64,000 nt of DNA from an uncultured Gemmatimonadales bacterium (GTDB taxonomy: Bacteria; Gemmatimonadota; Gemmatimonadetes; Palauibacterales; Palauibacteraceae): positions 23,510-87,509 of the forward strand of contig CAWECO010000005.1 of NCBI GenBank assembly GCA_963807645.1. Reading direction: 5' to 3'. Made by a program: the position numbers and the translations under genes. Under the pieces are notes generated by a model. The model did no database searches. It was not told the origin of the DNA and worked only from the letters and a program-made list of their open reading frames with translations. Shown here in pieces: positions 31,044-42,755 of this stretch (its first letter is position 1; each line of letters starts with the position of its first letter).

Positions 31044-32879
31044 TCAGAAGAAGTCCCGGAACAGCCGATCCGTCGCCCGATCCAGCTCGATCGACGGAAG
31101 GGCCTGCGTGCGCAACACCTGGATCTCGCGGGCGAATGCCTCTGCGTTGGTCAGGAACCGCTGGAAGCGCGCCTCGTCCACGTAGTCGAGCGCAGTCTCG
31201 TCACCCAGGAAGTTCGCCACGCCGCCCCAGCCATGCGCCGAGCGACGAACTCCAATGGCGATTTCCGGAGCTTCCTGCTCGATGGCGAATGCGTACAGCA
31301 ACACCGCCAGCTGGATGCGGCCGACGTGCGCCTTCTGCTCGGCCATGCGGGCCCGATGAGCCCTGATCTCGGCCACGTTGAACAGCATCGTGGGCGGAGG
31401 AAACAGGTTCGGGACCGCGTTCGTGACCAGCCAGTCGATCTCGCTCTCCACGACTTCTACGAGCAGCGGGTTCAGGGCCGCGGTACCCGCGGGTGACGGA
31501 AGTGTCGCCAGCGTAGTCTCGCGCCCACCCCCGTGGTTGACGACCAGGCCCGCCCCGTCGAAAGCCACGAGCAGGCTGTCATCCGGCGGCAGGGGCAGCA
31601 TGTGCACGAACGCGCCGGCAGAGATGGTGTCCGCCGGGTCTACCGGCGGGCGCACCTCTCCCCAGTGCCCTCGCCGCTGCCGCACGGTCGGCACGAACAC
31701 GGCCACGGCCCCGCACAGCGAGTCGTAGTAGGGATCGAAGATCCGGTCGGCGAGGCTGTCTCTCTCGACCACCGCAGCCAACGCCTCCGCCTCCTTCCAG
31801 TCCAGCTCACGCGGGAATCCCTGCCCCGCGGCCCACGCCGTCTCGACAGGGAGGCTCGGAATGGCGAATGGATACAGGGTCGCCACCAGCACCAGGGCAC
31901 CCGTCAGCCAGTGCTGCGCCTCCTCGCCGGTAAAGCGCGTGATGAACCAGGCGAAGAACACGCCGGCGATCGTCGAGGCCACCACCGTGGACTGGAGGAA
32001 GAACCGCAGGCCGTCCTGGAACAGCCACGGCAAGGGTGCCGCAGCCCACAGGAGCAGAAACAGGCCCTGCTTCCGGCGCCATACGAGCCACAGCACGCCC
32101 GGCGCCGCCAGGACGTAGGTGAAGAGGGCGATCGACCCCGCCACGTGGCCGCGCTGCCCGGTGTACCAGTCGAGGTGCCGCAGGAAGTGCACGATGTATG
32201 GGGACGCGAGGAGAATCGTGAACCCACCGGTGAGCAGAAGACCCTTCCAGCGCCGGGTGGCCAGCCCGGCCAGGAGAATTCCGAGGCCTACGACCGGAGC
32301 GCCCCCGAGGTGCATGTACGTGGTCAGCGTTCCAACCAGGATCGCCTCGACGTACCGCTGCTCGAGGAAGAAGTAGATCGCCCATCCCGAGAGGATGAAG
32401 ATCCACCCCGACGGCACGCCCACGAAGAACGGAGCGGCCGAGAAGACGCTGCCCGTCAGGAGCGCGACCGCGAACAGGGCGGCTCGATCACCTCCGAAGC
32501 GGCGGGCGAAGAAGCCGGCCGTGAAGACCGCGGCAGCCCACTGCCCGACGGCCAGCATCGAGAAGGCGTGAATGTACGCCCACCCATCGCCGCCCATCAG
32601 TCGTCCGAAGAGGGCGATCGCGTAATGGAGGGCCGGCCCCTGGAGGTTCGGTCTACCCGTGGGAGCCCAATTCAGGGAATCCCACCAGTACACGTTGTTC
32701 TCCGCGTACTGGCGCGCCAGCGAGATGTGGAACCCGAGGTCGTTGTCCGCGAAGTAGTCGCGAAGCATCAGCAGGAGGAGGACCGCGTGCAGGGCGATCA
32801 CCAGAGTCAGGGCGCGACGGGCCCCACGCGAATCCCGGGAATATTCGGTGACCAGACTGACGCTCTGATGGGCGCTCAT
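31044..32879 (-). CDS. Large polytopic membrane protein with a C-terminal soluble domain (GT-C/PMT-like architecture?), function unknown
   Basis: ATG 32879 (MSAHQSV...). About 11-12 hydrophobic helices over ~370 aa, then a ~240-aa soluble tail. I am not confident of any motif. Confidence 0.6.
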   Translation of the reverse strand: MSAHQSVSLVTEYSRDSRGARRALTLVIALHAVLLLLMLRDYFADNDLGFHISLARQYAENNVYWWDSLNWAPTGRPNLQGPALHYAIALFGRLMGGDGWAYIHAFSMLAVGQWAAAVFTAGFFARRFGGDRAALFAVALLTGSVFSAAPFFVGVPSGWIFILSGWAIYFFLEQRYVEAILVGTLTTYMHLGGAPVVGLGILLAGLATRRWKGLLLTGGFTILLASPYIVHFLRHLDWYTGQRGHVAGSIALFTYVLAAPGVLWLVWRRKQGLFLLLWAAAPLPWLFQDGLRFFLQSTVVASTIAGVFFAWFITRFTGEEAQHWLTGALVLVATLYPFAIPSLPVETAWAAGQGFPRELDWKEAEALAAVVERDSLADRIFDPYYDSLCGAVAVFVPTVRQRRGHWGEVRPPVDPADTISAGAFVHMLPLPPDDSLLVAFDGAGLVVNHGGGRETTLATLPSPAGTAALNPLLVEVVESEIDWLVTNAVPNLFPPPTMLFNVAEIRAHRARMAEQKAHVGRIQLAVLLYAFAIEQEAPEIAIGVRRSAHGWGGVANFLGDETALDYVDEARFQRFLTNAEAFAREIQVLRTQALPSIELDRATDRLFRDFF

Positions 32880-33017
32880 AGTGCCTCGGACTAGGAGTGA
32901 CCGGGGGCGACCCCCTGCGAGCGATCCCACAATGTGCACCAACCGTCCCGATCCTCGCACCCCGTGCAGCGCAACGGCGTTTGACAGCCGGCCCAGGAGC
33001 GGAGTCAATTGCCGACC

Positions 33018-34313
33018 ATGACAAGGCTACTCGAACGATTGACCAACGTGCGGAGGGACGAGACAGGGGCGCTGTTATGGGCCCTGGTCTACGGGTTCTG
33101 CATCTTCCTGGCCTACTACATCCTGCGGCCCGTCCGGGACGAGATCAGCTCGGCCGACCGGGGCAACCTGCAGATCCTGTGGACCGCGGTGTTCCTCGTG
33201 ATGCTCATCGCGGTGCCCGCGTACTCCTGGGTCGTCGCGCGCTGGCCGCGCGGGACGTTCGTCCCGTGGGTGAACCGGTTCTTCATCGCATGCCTGGTCG
33301 GGTTCTACGTCGCGCTCGTCTCGCTCCCCCTCGGCGCCCGCCCCTGGATCGATCGCGTGTTCTACGTGTGGGCCAGCGTGTTCGCGCTGTTCGTGGTCAC
33401 CGTGTTCTGGGGCTTCATGGCCGACCTGTTCACGAGCGAGCAGGGCAAGCGGCTGTTCGGCCCGATTGCGGTCGGCGGTTCGCTGGGCGCGATCATCGGA
33501 TCGACCGTGACCGCCGGCCTGGTCGACGTGTTGCCGGCATTCTCGCTTCTGCTCGTCGCCTGCGTCCCGCTGGAGATGGCGGCCCAGGCGGCTCGGCAGC
33601 TGCAGCGTAGCTCGAACCAGGCCGGGAGCACGCTGCGGCGTGAGAGATGCCCCGGTGTCGGGCGGCGTGTGGAGCGGAATCAAGGTCGTATTCAGCTCGC
33701 CGTACCTGGCACGGATCGCCCTGTTCATCTTCCTCATGACCTTCGCCTCGACCGTCCTGTACTTTCAGCAGGCACACCTGATCTACGACGCGATCAGCGA
33801 TCGGGCGGTCCGCACCGCGCTGTTCGCGAAGATCGACCTCGCCGTGAACGTGATCACGCTCGTGGGCCAGGGCTTCATCGTGGCGCACGTCATCCGCCGC
33901 CTCGGCATGGGCTGGAGCCTCGCGCTCGTCCCCATCATCTCGGTGTTCGGCTTCGTCGCGCTGGGGATCTTCCCGACCCTCGCCGTGCTGGTGGTGGTCC
34001 AGGTCCTGTACCGGTCCCTGCGCTACGCGGTCGCCAAGCCGACGCGCGAGGTGCTGTTCACCGTCGTCGACCGCGAGGAGAAGTACAAGTCGAAGGCCTT
34101 CATCGACGCCGCCGTCTACCGTGGCGGCGATCTGATCAACGGGTGGATCTACGCGGGTCTCGCGGCGCTGGGCATGACCGTCGGGGCGATCGCCCTCGTC
34201 GCGGCGCCGGTCGCCGGCCTGTGGGCCCTGATCGGATTGCAGCTCGGACGCCGCCAGGAGGCCCTCGCGGCCGACAACTCGAAGGAGCAAGCAATGACAC
34301 TCTCACGACGTGA
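33018..34313 (+). CDS. TLC/Npt1-like (ADP/ATP-translocase-related) MFS-type transporter; 1-2 frame breaks, 3' end uncertain
   Basis: N-terminal part: LAYYILRPVRDEISS...RVFYVWASVFALFVVTVFWGFMADLFTSEQGKRLFGPIAVGGSLGAIIGS (ORF 33009..34313). It continues in ORF 33640..34515 (GIKVVFSSPYLARIALFIFLMTF...EEKYKSKAFIDAAVYRGGD). There is no in-frame stop before the next gene's ATG. Confidence 0.6.
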   Translation: MTRLLERLTNVRRDETGALLWALVYGFCIFLAYYILRPVRDEISSADRGNLQILWTAVFLVMLIAVPAYSWVVARWPRGTFVPWVNRFFIACLVGFYVALVSLPLGARPWIDRVFYVWASVFALFVVTVFWGFMADLFTSEQGKRLFGPIAVGGSLGAIIGSTVTAGLVDVLPAFSLLLVACVPLEMAAQAARQLQRSSNQAGSTLRRERCPGVGRRVERNQGRIQLAVPGTDRPVHLPHDLRLDRPVLSAGTPDLRRDQRSGGPHRAVREDRPRRERDHARGPGLHRGARHPPPRHGLEPRARPHHLGVRLRRAGDLPDPRRAGGGPGPVPVPALRGRQADARGAVHRRRPRGEVQVEGLHRRRRLPWRRSDQRVDLRGSRGAGHDRRGDRPRRGAGRRPVGPDRIAARTPPGGPRGRQLEGASNDTLTT

Positions 34314-35230
34314 CCTGGTCAAGATCGGGGCGGGCGCTTCGGCGGCCGTGGCCCTCGGGGTGCGGCCGGCGTTCGGGCGCGGCCCGCGCTTGCCCCTCGT
34401 CCCTCATCAAGCGTCAGATCCCGTCCACCGGGGAGGAGATCCCCGTCGTCGGGATCGGGACATCGCGACGATACGACGTCGGCGTTTCGGCCGCCGAACG
34501 AGATCCCCTCCGTGAGACCCTGGCGGTCTTTCGCGAACTCGGCGGGACCGTGGTCGACACCGCCCCGTCGTACGGCAACGCAGAGGTCGTCGTCGGTGAC
34601 CTCGTATCCGAACTCGGGATCCGTGACGACCTGTTCTTCGCGACGAAGGTTCGGAAGGATGGCGAAGAAGCGGGCCGGACCGAGATCGCCAGCTCCTTCG
34701 AGCGTCTGCGCACGGACCGGTTCGAGCTCCTGCAGGTGCACAACCTGGTGGACACCGGAACCCAGCTCGCGACGCTCCGTGAGATGAAGGCCGCGGGCAC
34801 GATCCGCTACGTCGGGATCACGACGTCGTCGAGGCGGCAGTACGAGGAGTTCAAGGCGGTGATGCGGTCGGAGCCCCTGGACTTCATCCAGGTCAACTAC
34901 TCGCTCGCGTCGCGGGATGCGGCGGACGAGATCCTCCCTCTCGCGGCTGACCGGGGAGTGGCCGTCCTCGTGAACGTGCCGTTCGGCAGGGGGCGGCTGT
35001 TCGACGCCGTCGGAGACCGTCCGCTTCCCGATTGGACCGCGGAATTCGACTGCGAGAGCTGGGGCCAGTTCTTCCTCAAGTACATCGTGGGCCATCCGGC
35101 GGTCACGTGCGTGATCCCCGGCACCGCGAAGCCGCACTACGCCACGGACAACATGGGGGCGGCGATGGGACGACTGCCGGACGCGGCGATGCGAACCAGG
35201 ATGGAGGCGTTCTTCGACGGCCTGGTCTGA
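34294..35230 (+). CDS. Aldo/keto reductase with Tat signal peptide; one frameshift near 34375-34395
   Basis: AAGGAG lies 6 nt before ATG 34294. The leader MTLSRRDLVKIGAGASAAVALG is twin-arginine. The body is ORF 34310..35230 (VDTAPSYGNAE, LQVHN, GITTSS). Confidence 0.8.
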
Positions 35231-35245
35231 TTCCCTGACCGGAGC

Positions 35246-36820
35246 ATGAGCATGAATTCGTCGCCGAGCATCCGCCGTCTCGGTGTCCTGGTCCTGGTCT
35301 GCGCGGCTGGTGTGGCGTCCGGGTGCGCACGCCCGGAAACCCGGGACTCACCCGAGCGACCCAACATCCTGTTCGTCTTCGCGGACGACCACGCCTACCA
35401 GGCGATCGGCGCGTACGGGTCCGCCATCAACGAGACTCCGAACATCGACCGGCTGGCCGCCGGCGGGATGCGCTTCGACAGCGCCGTGGTCACGAACTCG
35501 ATCTGCGCCCCGGCCGCGCGGTGATCCTGACCGGCAAGTACAGCCACCTGAACGGCGTGCGCGACAACTCCGACGTGTTCGACGGCGCCCAGGTCACGTT
35601 CCCGAAGCTCCTGCAGGAGGCCGGCTACCAGACGGCGATGATCGGCAAGTGGCACCTGAAGAGCGCGCCCACCGGGTTCGACCACTGGGAGGTGCTCCCC
35701 GGCCAGGGCGCATACTACAACCCGGACATGCTGATTCCCGACGCCGACACCACGGCCCGGCACGCGGCGGGACGGCTACGTCACCGACATCATCACCGAC
35801 CTGGCCCTCGACTGGCTGCGCGACGAGCGCGATCCAGGAAGCCGTTCCTCCTGATGTTCCAGCACAAGGCGCCGCACCGGAACTGGATGCCCGGCCCGGA
35901 CCACCTGGCGACGCTACGAGGACGTGACGATCCCCGAGCCCGACGACCCTGTTCGACGACTACTCCGGCCGCGCGTCGCCGGCCGCCGAACCAGGAGATG
36001 ACGATCGCCGGGCACATGATTCGACACGTACGACCTGAAGCTCGGCCCGCTGCCGAGGACCGACCGTTCCAGAGTGGCAGGCGACCGCGTTCGGAGCGCC
36101 TGTCGGCCGAGCAGCAGGCCGCCTGGGACGCCGCCTACGACCCGCGCAACGAGGCGTTCGCAGCCGCCGGCCTCGAAGGCGACGAGCTCGCGCGCTGGAA
36201 GTACCAGCGCTACATCAAGGACTACCTGCGCTGCATCGCCTCGGTCGACGACAACGTCGGCCGCGTCCTCGACTGCCTCGACGACACGGGCCTCGCCGAG
36301 AACACGATCGTCATCTACTCCTCCGACCAGGGCTTCTACCTCGGCGAGCACGGCTGGTACGACAAGCGCTGGATGTACGAGGAGTCGTTCCGCATGCCGC
36401 TCATCGTGCGCTGGCCGGGCGCGACGGCCGCGGGCAGCGCATACGGGAGCGCTCGTCTCGAACCTCGACTTCGCCCCGACCTTCCTCGAGATGGCGGGAC
36501 TCGAGGCTCCCCCGGACATGCAGGGCCGCAGCCTGGTGCCGCTGCTGCGCGGGCGAGACGCCGGCCGACTGGCGACGAGCTTCTACTACCACTACTACGA
36601 GGCCGACGGCCCGCACGCGGTGGCCGCGCACTACGGCGTGGCCACCGACCGCTACAAGCTGATCCGCTATCCGGCGACGGACGAGTGGGAGCTGTTCGAC
36701 CTCGAGACCGGACCCGCTCGAAATGACTCAGCCGGGCGGCGGACCCCGCGTACGCCGGGATCAGGTCGGAACTGGAGGCCGAGCTGGAGCGGCTGCGGGA
36801 GGAGCTGGAGCGTGCCATGA
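35246..36820 (+). pseudogene. Sulfatase (formylglycine-dependent, lipoprotein signal); roughly 8-10 frame breaks as sequenced
   Basis: [37 protein letters not shown], and the CAPAR-type FGly motif at ~35505. Also [69 protein letters not shown] and [14 protein letters not shown]. These are spread over all three plus frames. The 3' end is approximate. Confidence 0.7.
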
Positions 36821-36942
36821 AACCCGAGAGCGGGGTGGGGGCGGCACTCGGTGCGGCCCGCTCTGGCCCCGTGTGGGCTTGGCCCCGCTCCCGGCACTGG
36901 TATATACACCGACTTGCAAGTGGCGTTTCGATGTCCCGAGCC

Positions 36943-37677
36943 TCAGCCTGCCTTCCGGTATACCGTCACGTGGGTCACGCTCGCCGCCGTGAACGGCTCC
37001 TCGTTCCACCCGCCCCACCGGTGCTCGAGCTCCAGTCCGGCGAGTCGCGCCATCAGGTCCAGCTCCGAAGGCCAGCAGTAACGGGCCTGCAGCGGGTAGA
37101 AGCGCGATCCGCTCTCCGTCAACCGAACGATCCGCGACTTGACGCGCTGGCTGACCGGGTCGTGGAGCGTCGCCTCCAGACGAACCGCGTCGTCCTCGAT
37201 CTCCGTCACCGACACGCGCTGTCCCCGATCGAACCGGCCCAGATCCGGGACGAAGCACTCGAGAAGAAACCGGCCCGCAGGAGCGAGGTGGTCGGCCACG
37301 CTGCCGAAGCAGCGCACCTGGTCATCCTGCGTGAGCAGCGCAAAGAAGGTGTTGAACACGACGTAGGCGAGCGAGAATCGCTCCTGCAGTTCGAAGGCCG
37401 CGAAATCACTGAGCGTGACGCCGATATCCGCCGCACCGGGTTTGGAGCGGAGCTTCTCGACCATGGCCGCCGAGGCATCGATTCCGTGGATCGCCACGCC
37501 CTTCGCCGCCAGCGGAATCGCGATCCGTCCGGTCCCGATGCCCAGCTCCAGGGCCGGGCCGTCTCCGCCCAGCTCCACCAGTCGATCGACCATCGACGCG
37601 GGGTCACCGCCGGGATACCAGGTGTCGTACACGTCGGCGATTTCGTCGCCGTAGGTGGATGCCTCGTAGTCGTTCAT
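36943..37677 (-). CDS. Class I SAM-dependent methyltransferase
   Basis: ATG 37677 (MNDYEASTYGDEIADVYD). SAM motif I is LELGIGTGRIAIPLA. The C-terminus reads WGGWNEEPF. Confidence 0.85.
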   Translation of the reverse strand: MNDYEASTYGDEIADVYDTWYPGGDPASMVDRLVELGGDGPALELGIGTGRIAIPLAAKGVAIHGIDASAAMVEKLRSKPGAADIGVTLSDFAAFELQERFSLAYVVFNTFFALLTQDDQVRCFGSVADHLAPAGRFLLECFVPDLGRFDRGQRVSVTEIEDDAVRLEATLHDPVSQRVKSRIVRLTESGSRFYPLQARYCWPSELDLMARLAGLELEHRWGGWNEEPFTAASVTHVTVYRKAG

Positions 37678-37800
37678 CGCGAATCCGCCTCGAGCGGTTT
37701 CTTGAAAGCTGCCGGTCACTCCAGATATTAACATATGCCGACGAGACTACCGATATCGACCTCGGGCGCGGCGACGCCTGCCGGCTCAGCCAGTGGAGGA

Positions 37801-38367
37801 ATGTTGGACGAGCGAACGAAGCTGCGAAGACCCGATCGATCGGCCGACGAGGACTGGATCCGATCGTTTCTGCACGACTCGGCCGTCGGCGTTCTGGCCA
37901 CCGTGCACGACGGCCAGCCGTTCGTGAACTCCAACATCTTCGTGTACGACGAGGAGAGGGCGGCGATCTACCTGCATACCGCGCGCGCGGGCCGCACCCG
38001 TGACAATGTCGAGGCCGACTCTAAGGTCGCGTTCACCGTGTACGAAACCGGCCGGCTTCTTCCAGCGGACGAAGCCCTCGAGTTCAGCATCGAATACGGG
38101 GGCGTGGTCGTGTTCGGGGCGGCCTCCGTCGTATCGGATGGCGAAGAAGCGGAGCACGGCCTGCAGCTCCTGCTGGACAAGTACGCACCCCACCTGAAAC
38201 CGGGCCGGGACTACCGGCCGATCACAGCGGGAGAGCTCGAGCGAACCAGCGTCTTCCGGCTCGATATCGAGTCATGGAGCGGCAAGCGGAAGTACGAGAA
38301 GCCGGACTTCCCCGGCGCCTATCTGTACGAGGAGCGGGAACGACTGGCGGCCGAGTCCGCCGACTAG
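37801..38367 (+). CDS. Pyridoxamine 5'-phosphate oxidase-fold family protein
   Basis: MLDERTKLRRPDRSADEDWIRSFLHDSAVGVLATVHDGQPFVNSNIFVYDEE... is typical of PNPOx-like split-barrel proteins. The start could instead be ATG 37735. Confidence 0.7.
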   Translation: MLDERTKLRRPDRSADEDWIRSFLHDSAVGVLATVHDGQPFVNSNIFVYDEERAAIYLHTARAGRTRDNVEADSKVAFTVYETGRLLPADEALEFSIEYGGVVVFGAASVVSDGEEAEHGLQLLLDKYAPHLKPGRDYRPITAGELERTSVFRLDIESWSGKRKYEKPDFPGAYLYEERERLAAESAD

Positions 38368-38490
38368 CCTTCAGGAATTTACTCCGTCCATCCCGTCCAC
38401 CCGGGACCATCGATCCCGGCGCAGCCGGTCCGGTCCAGTAGTCGGAGGGCACCTGGACGAACGAAGCTTCGAAGGACCGTGATCGAGTAA

Positions 38491-38520
38491 GCGGGCGAAG
38501 GGAACCGCCCCCTCGCCCGC
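38491..38520. terminator. Candidate hairpin between the convergent PNPOx-like gene and katG
   Basis: GCGGGCGAAGG (38491-38501) pairs with CCCTCGCCCGC (38510-38520) with one mismatch and an 8-nt loop. There is no clear U-tract. Confidence 0.35.
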
Positions 38521-38604
38521 AAACGTCGCCGCAATCGTGAGAGCCGCGCCGGACTACATCTCGGCCCGCGCTCCCTCCCCACCGCCGAGGCCCATGGCCT
38601 TCAC

Positions 38605-40929
<2,325 letters not shown>

Positions 40930-41041
40930 TCATGGGTATTCAGTCCAAATAAATAGATGGCGCAGATCCGCGGCACCAGATCCAGCGCCTCGCGGGCGAA
41001 GCCCCCGAATAGGCGCTCGTAACCCACCCGGAGTCGCGGCC

Positions 41042-42727
41042 CTACTCCGTCCTGCCTGTCCACCCGGGACCACGCACCACCCGACCGGGCTTCGCCCCTG
41101 TCGGGCCGCCATTCAGAATCACCGCCTCTCCGTTCACGAACACGTACTGCACGCCGACGGCGTACTGGTGCGGCTTTTCGAACGTCGCCCGGTCGGCGAT
41201 CGTCTCGGGGTCGAACACGACGACGTCGGCGAAGTGGCCAGGCGCGAGAGACCCGCGCTCCCGGATTCCGAGGTTCCCGGCCGGTAGCGACGTGAGCCGG
41301 CGCACCGCCTCCTCCAGCGGGATCACCTGCTCGTCGCGCACGTACATCCCGAGGAGCCGCGCGAACGTCCCGTACCCACGCGGATGCGGCTGTGAGTTGA
41401 GAAACACGCCATCGGTGGCGTAGGCGCCCGCGTCCGAGCAGAAGCTCACCCACGGCACCGCGATCTTCCGCCGGATGTTGTCCTCGGACATCGTGAAGAA
41501 CACGGCCTGCACCCGGCTGTCGTCCTGGATCACCAGGTCCATCGCCGTTTCCTCGGCGCCGGCATCCCGCATCCGGGCCACCTCGGCCAGCGTCCGGCCG
41601 GTGAGGTAGCGGAGCGAGTCCGTGCGGAAGCCGGTGAGCAGGATGTTGTCGGGCGACCCGGCGCTGAGCCACGTGTTGTCCCACTCGCCGGCCGGGTCAT
41701 TCATCTCGGCCTTGACGCGTTCGCGAATGGCCGGGTCCGTCAGGCGCCGGGCCCAGGCGTCGAAGCCGCCCTCCTGCACCCACGGCGGCATGACCGCGTT
41801 GAGACCCGTCGAGCTCGCGTGGTAGGTGTACATGTCGGCGGTGATCCTCAGGCCCTCGTCACGCGCGGCCTCCACGCGGCGGATCACCTCGCTCAGCTTG
41901 TCCCAGTTGTCCCGGCCGGAGGCCTTGAGGTGGTAGATCTCGGCGGGAACTCCAGCCTCGCGGGCGATCGTGATCAGCTCCTCCACGTTCTCGAGCAGCC
42001 GGTTTCCCTCGCCCCGGATGTGGCTGATGTACATGCCGCCGTACTCGCCCGCGACTTCCGCCAGCGCGATCAGCTCGTCGGTGCCAGCGTAGAACGCCGG
42101 CGCGTAGATGAGCGACGACCCGACGCCCAGCGCGCCCTCCTCCATCGCCTGGGCCACGAGAGTGCGCATGTCCTCGAGCTCCTCGTCCGTCGGCGGTCGG
42201 TCCTCGTACCCGAGCGCGTGGATGCGGACGGTGGTCGCGCCCACGAAAGAAGCTACGTTCGGGGCCACACCCCGGCCGGTCAGCCAGTCGAGGTACTCGC
42301 CGAGCGTCGTCCACTCGATCGGGTACCGGATGTCTCCCTGTGAGTCGAGCTTCTCCTCCTTCATGACCTCGCTCAGCGGCCCCATCGACGAACCTTCGCC
42401 GAACACCTCCAGGGTCACGCCCTGCCGGATGTCGCTCTGCCCCAGACCATCCTCGATCAGCGACTCGTTGGCCCACGAGAGCATGTTGATGAAGCCGGGT
42501 GAGACGGCCAGGCCCGTCGCGTCGATTTCGGTCGTCCCCGTCGCCCGGCCCAGGTCTCCGACCGCGGCGATCCTGTCCCCCTGGATCGCGACGTCGCCCA
42601 CGTAGGGCTCGGCCCCCGATCCGTCGTAGATCGTTCCGTCCCGGATCACGACGTCGTATTCCATCGGCGCCCCGCAGGCGGCGACGGTCGTCAATAACAC
42701 CGCCACCGCGGCAGCGAACCTGTGCAT
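41042..42727 (-). CDS. N-acyl-D-amino-acid deacylase (D-aminoacylase) family amidohydrolase, lipoprotein
   Basis: ATG 42727 gives MHRFAAAVAVLLTTVAAC (lipobox). YDVVIRDGTIYDGSGAEPYVGDVAIQGDRIAAVGDL is the typical N-terminal beta-sandwich. GFINMLSWA, YISHIRGEG, ADMYTY and the C-terminal ADVVVFDPETI are also present. Confidence 0.8.
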   Translation of the reverse strand: MHRFAAAVAVLLTTVAACGAPMEYDVVIRDGTIYDGSGAEPYVGDVAIQGDRIAAVGDLGRATGTTEIDATGLAVSPGFINMLSWANESLIEDGLGQSDIRQGVTLEVFGEGSSMGPLSEVMKEEKLDSQGDIRYPIEWTTLGEYLDWLTGRGVAPNVASFVGATTVRIHALGYEDRPPTDEELEDMRTLVAQAMEEGALGVGSSLIYAPAFYAGTDELIALAEVAGEYGGMYISHIRGEGNRLLENVEELITIAREAGVPAEIYHLKASGRDNWDKLSEVIRRVEAARDEGLRITADMYTYHASSTGLNAVMPPWVQEGGFDAWARRLTDPAIRERVKAEMNDPAGEWDNTWLSAGSPDNILLTGFRTDSLRYLTGRTLAEVARMRDAGAEETAMDLVIQDDSRVQAVFFTMSEDNIRRKIAVPWVSFCSDAGAYATDGVFLNSQPHPRGYGTFARLLGMYVRDEQVIPLEEAVRRLTSLPAGNLGIRERGSLAPGHFADVVVFDPETIADRATFEKPHQYAVGVQYVFVNGEAVILNGGPTGAKPGRVVRGPGWTGRTE

Positions 42728-42755
42728 CGTGATCTCCCTCCGGTGTCGGAGCCGG

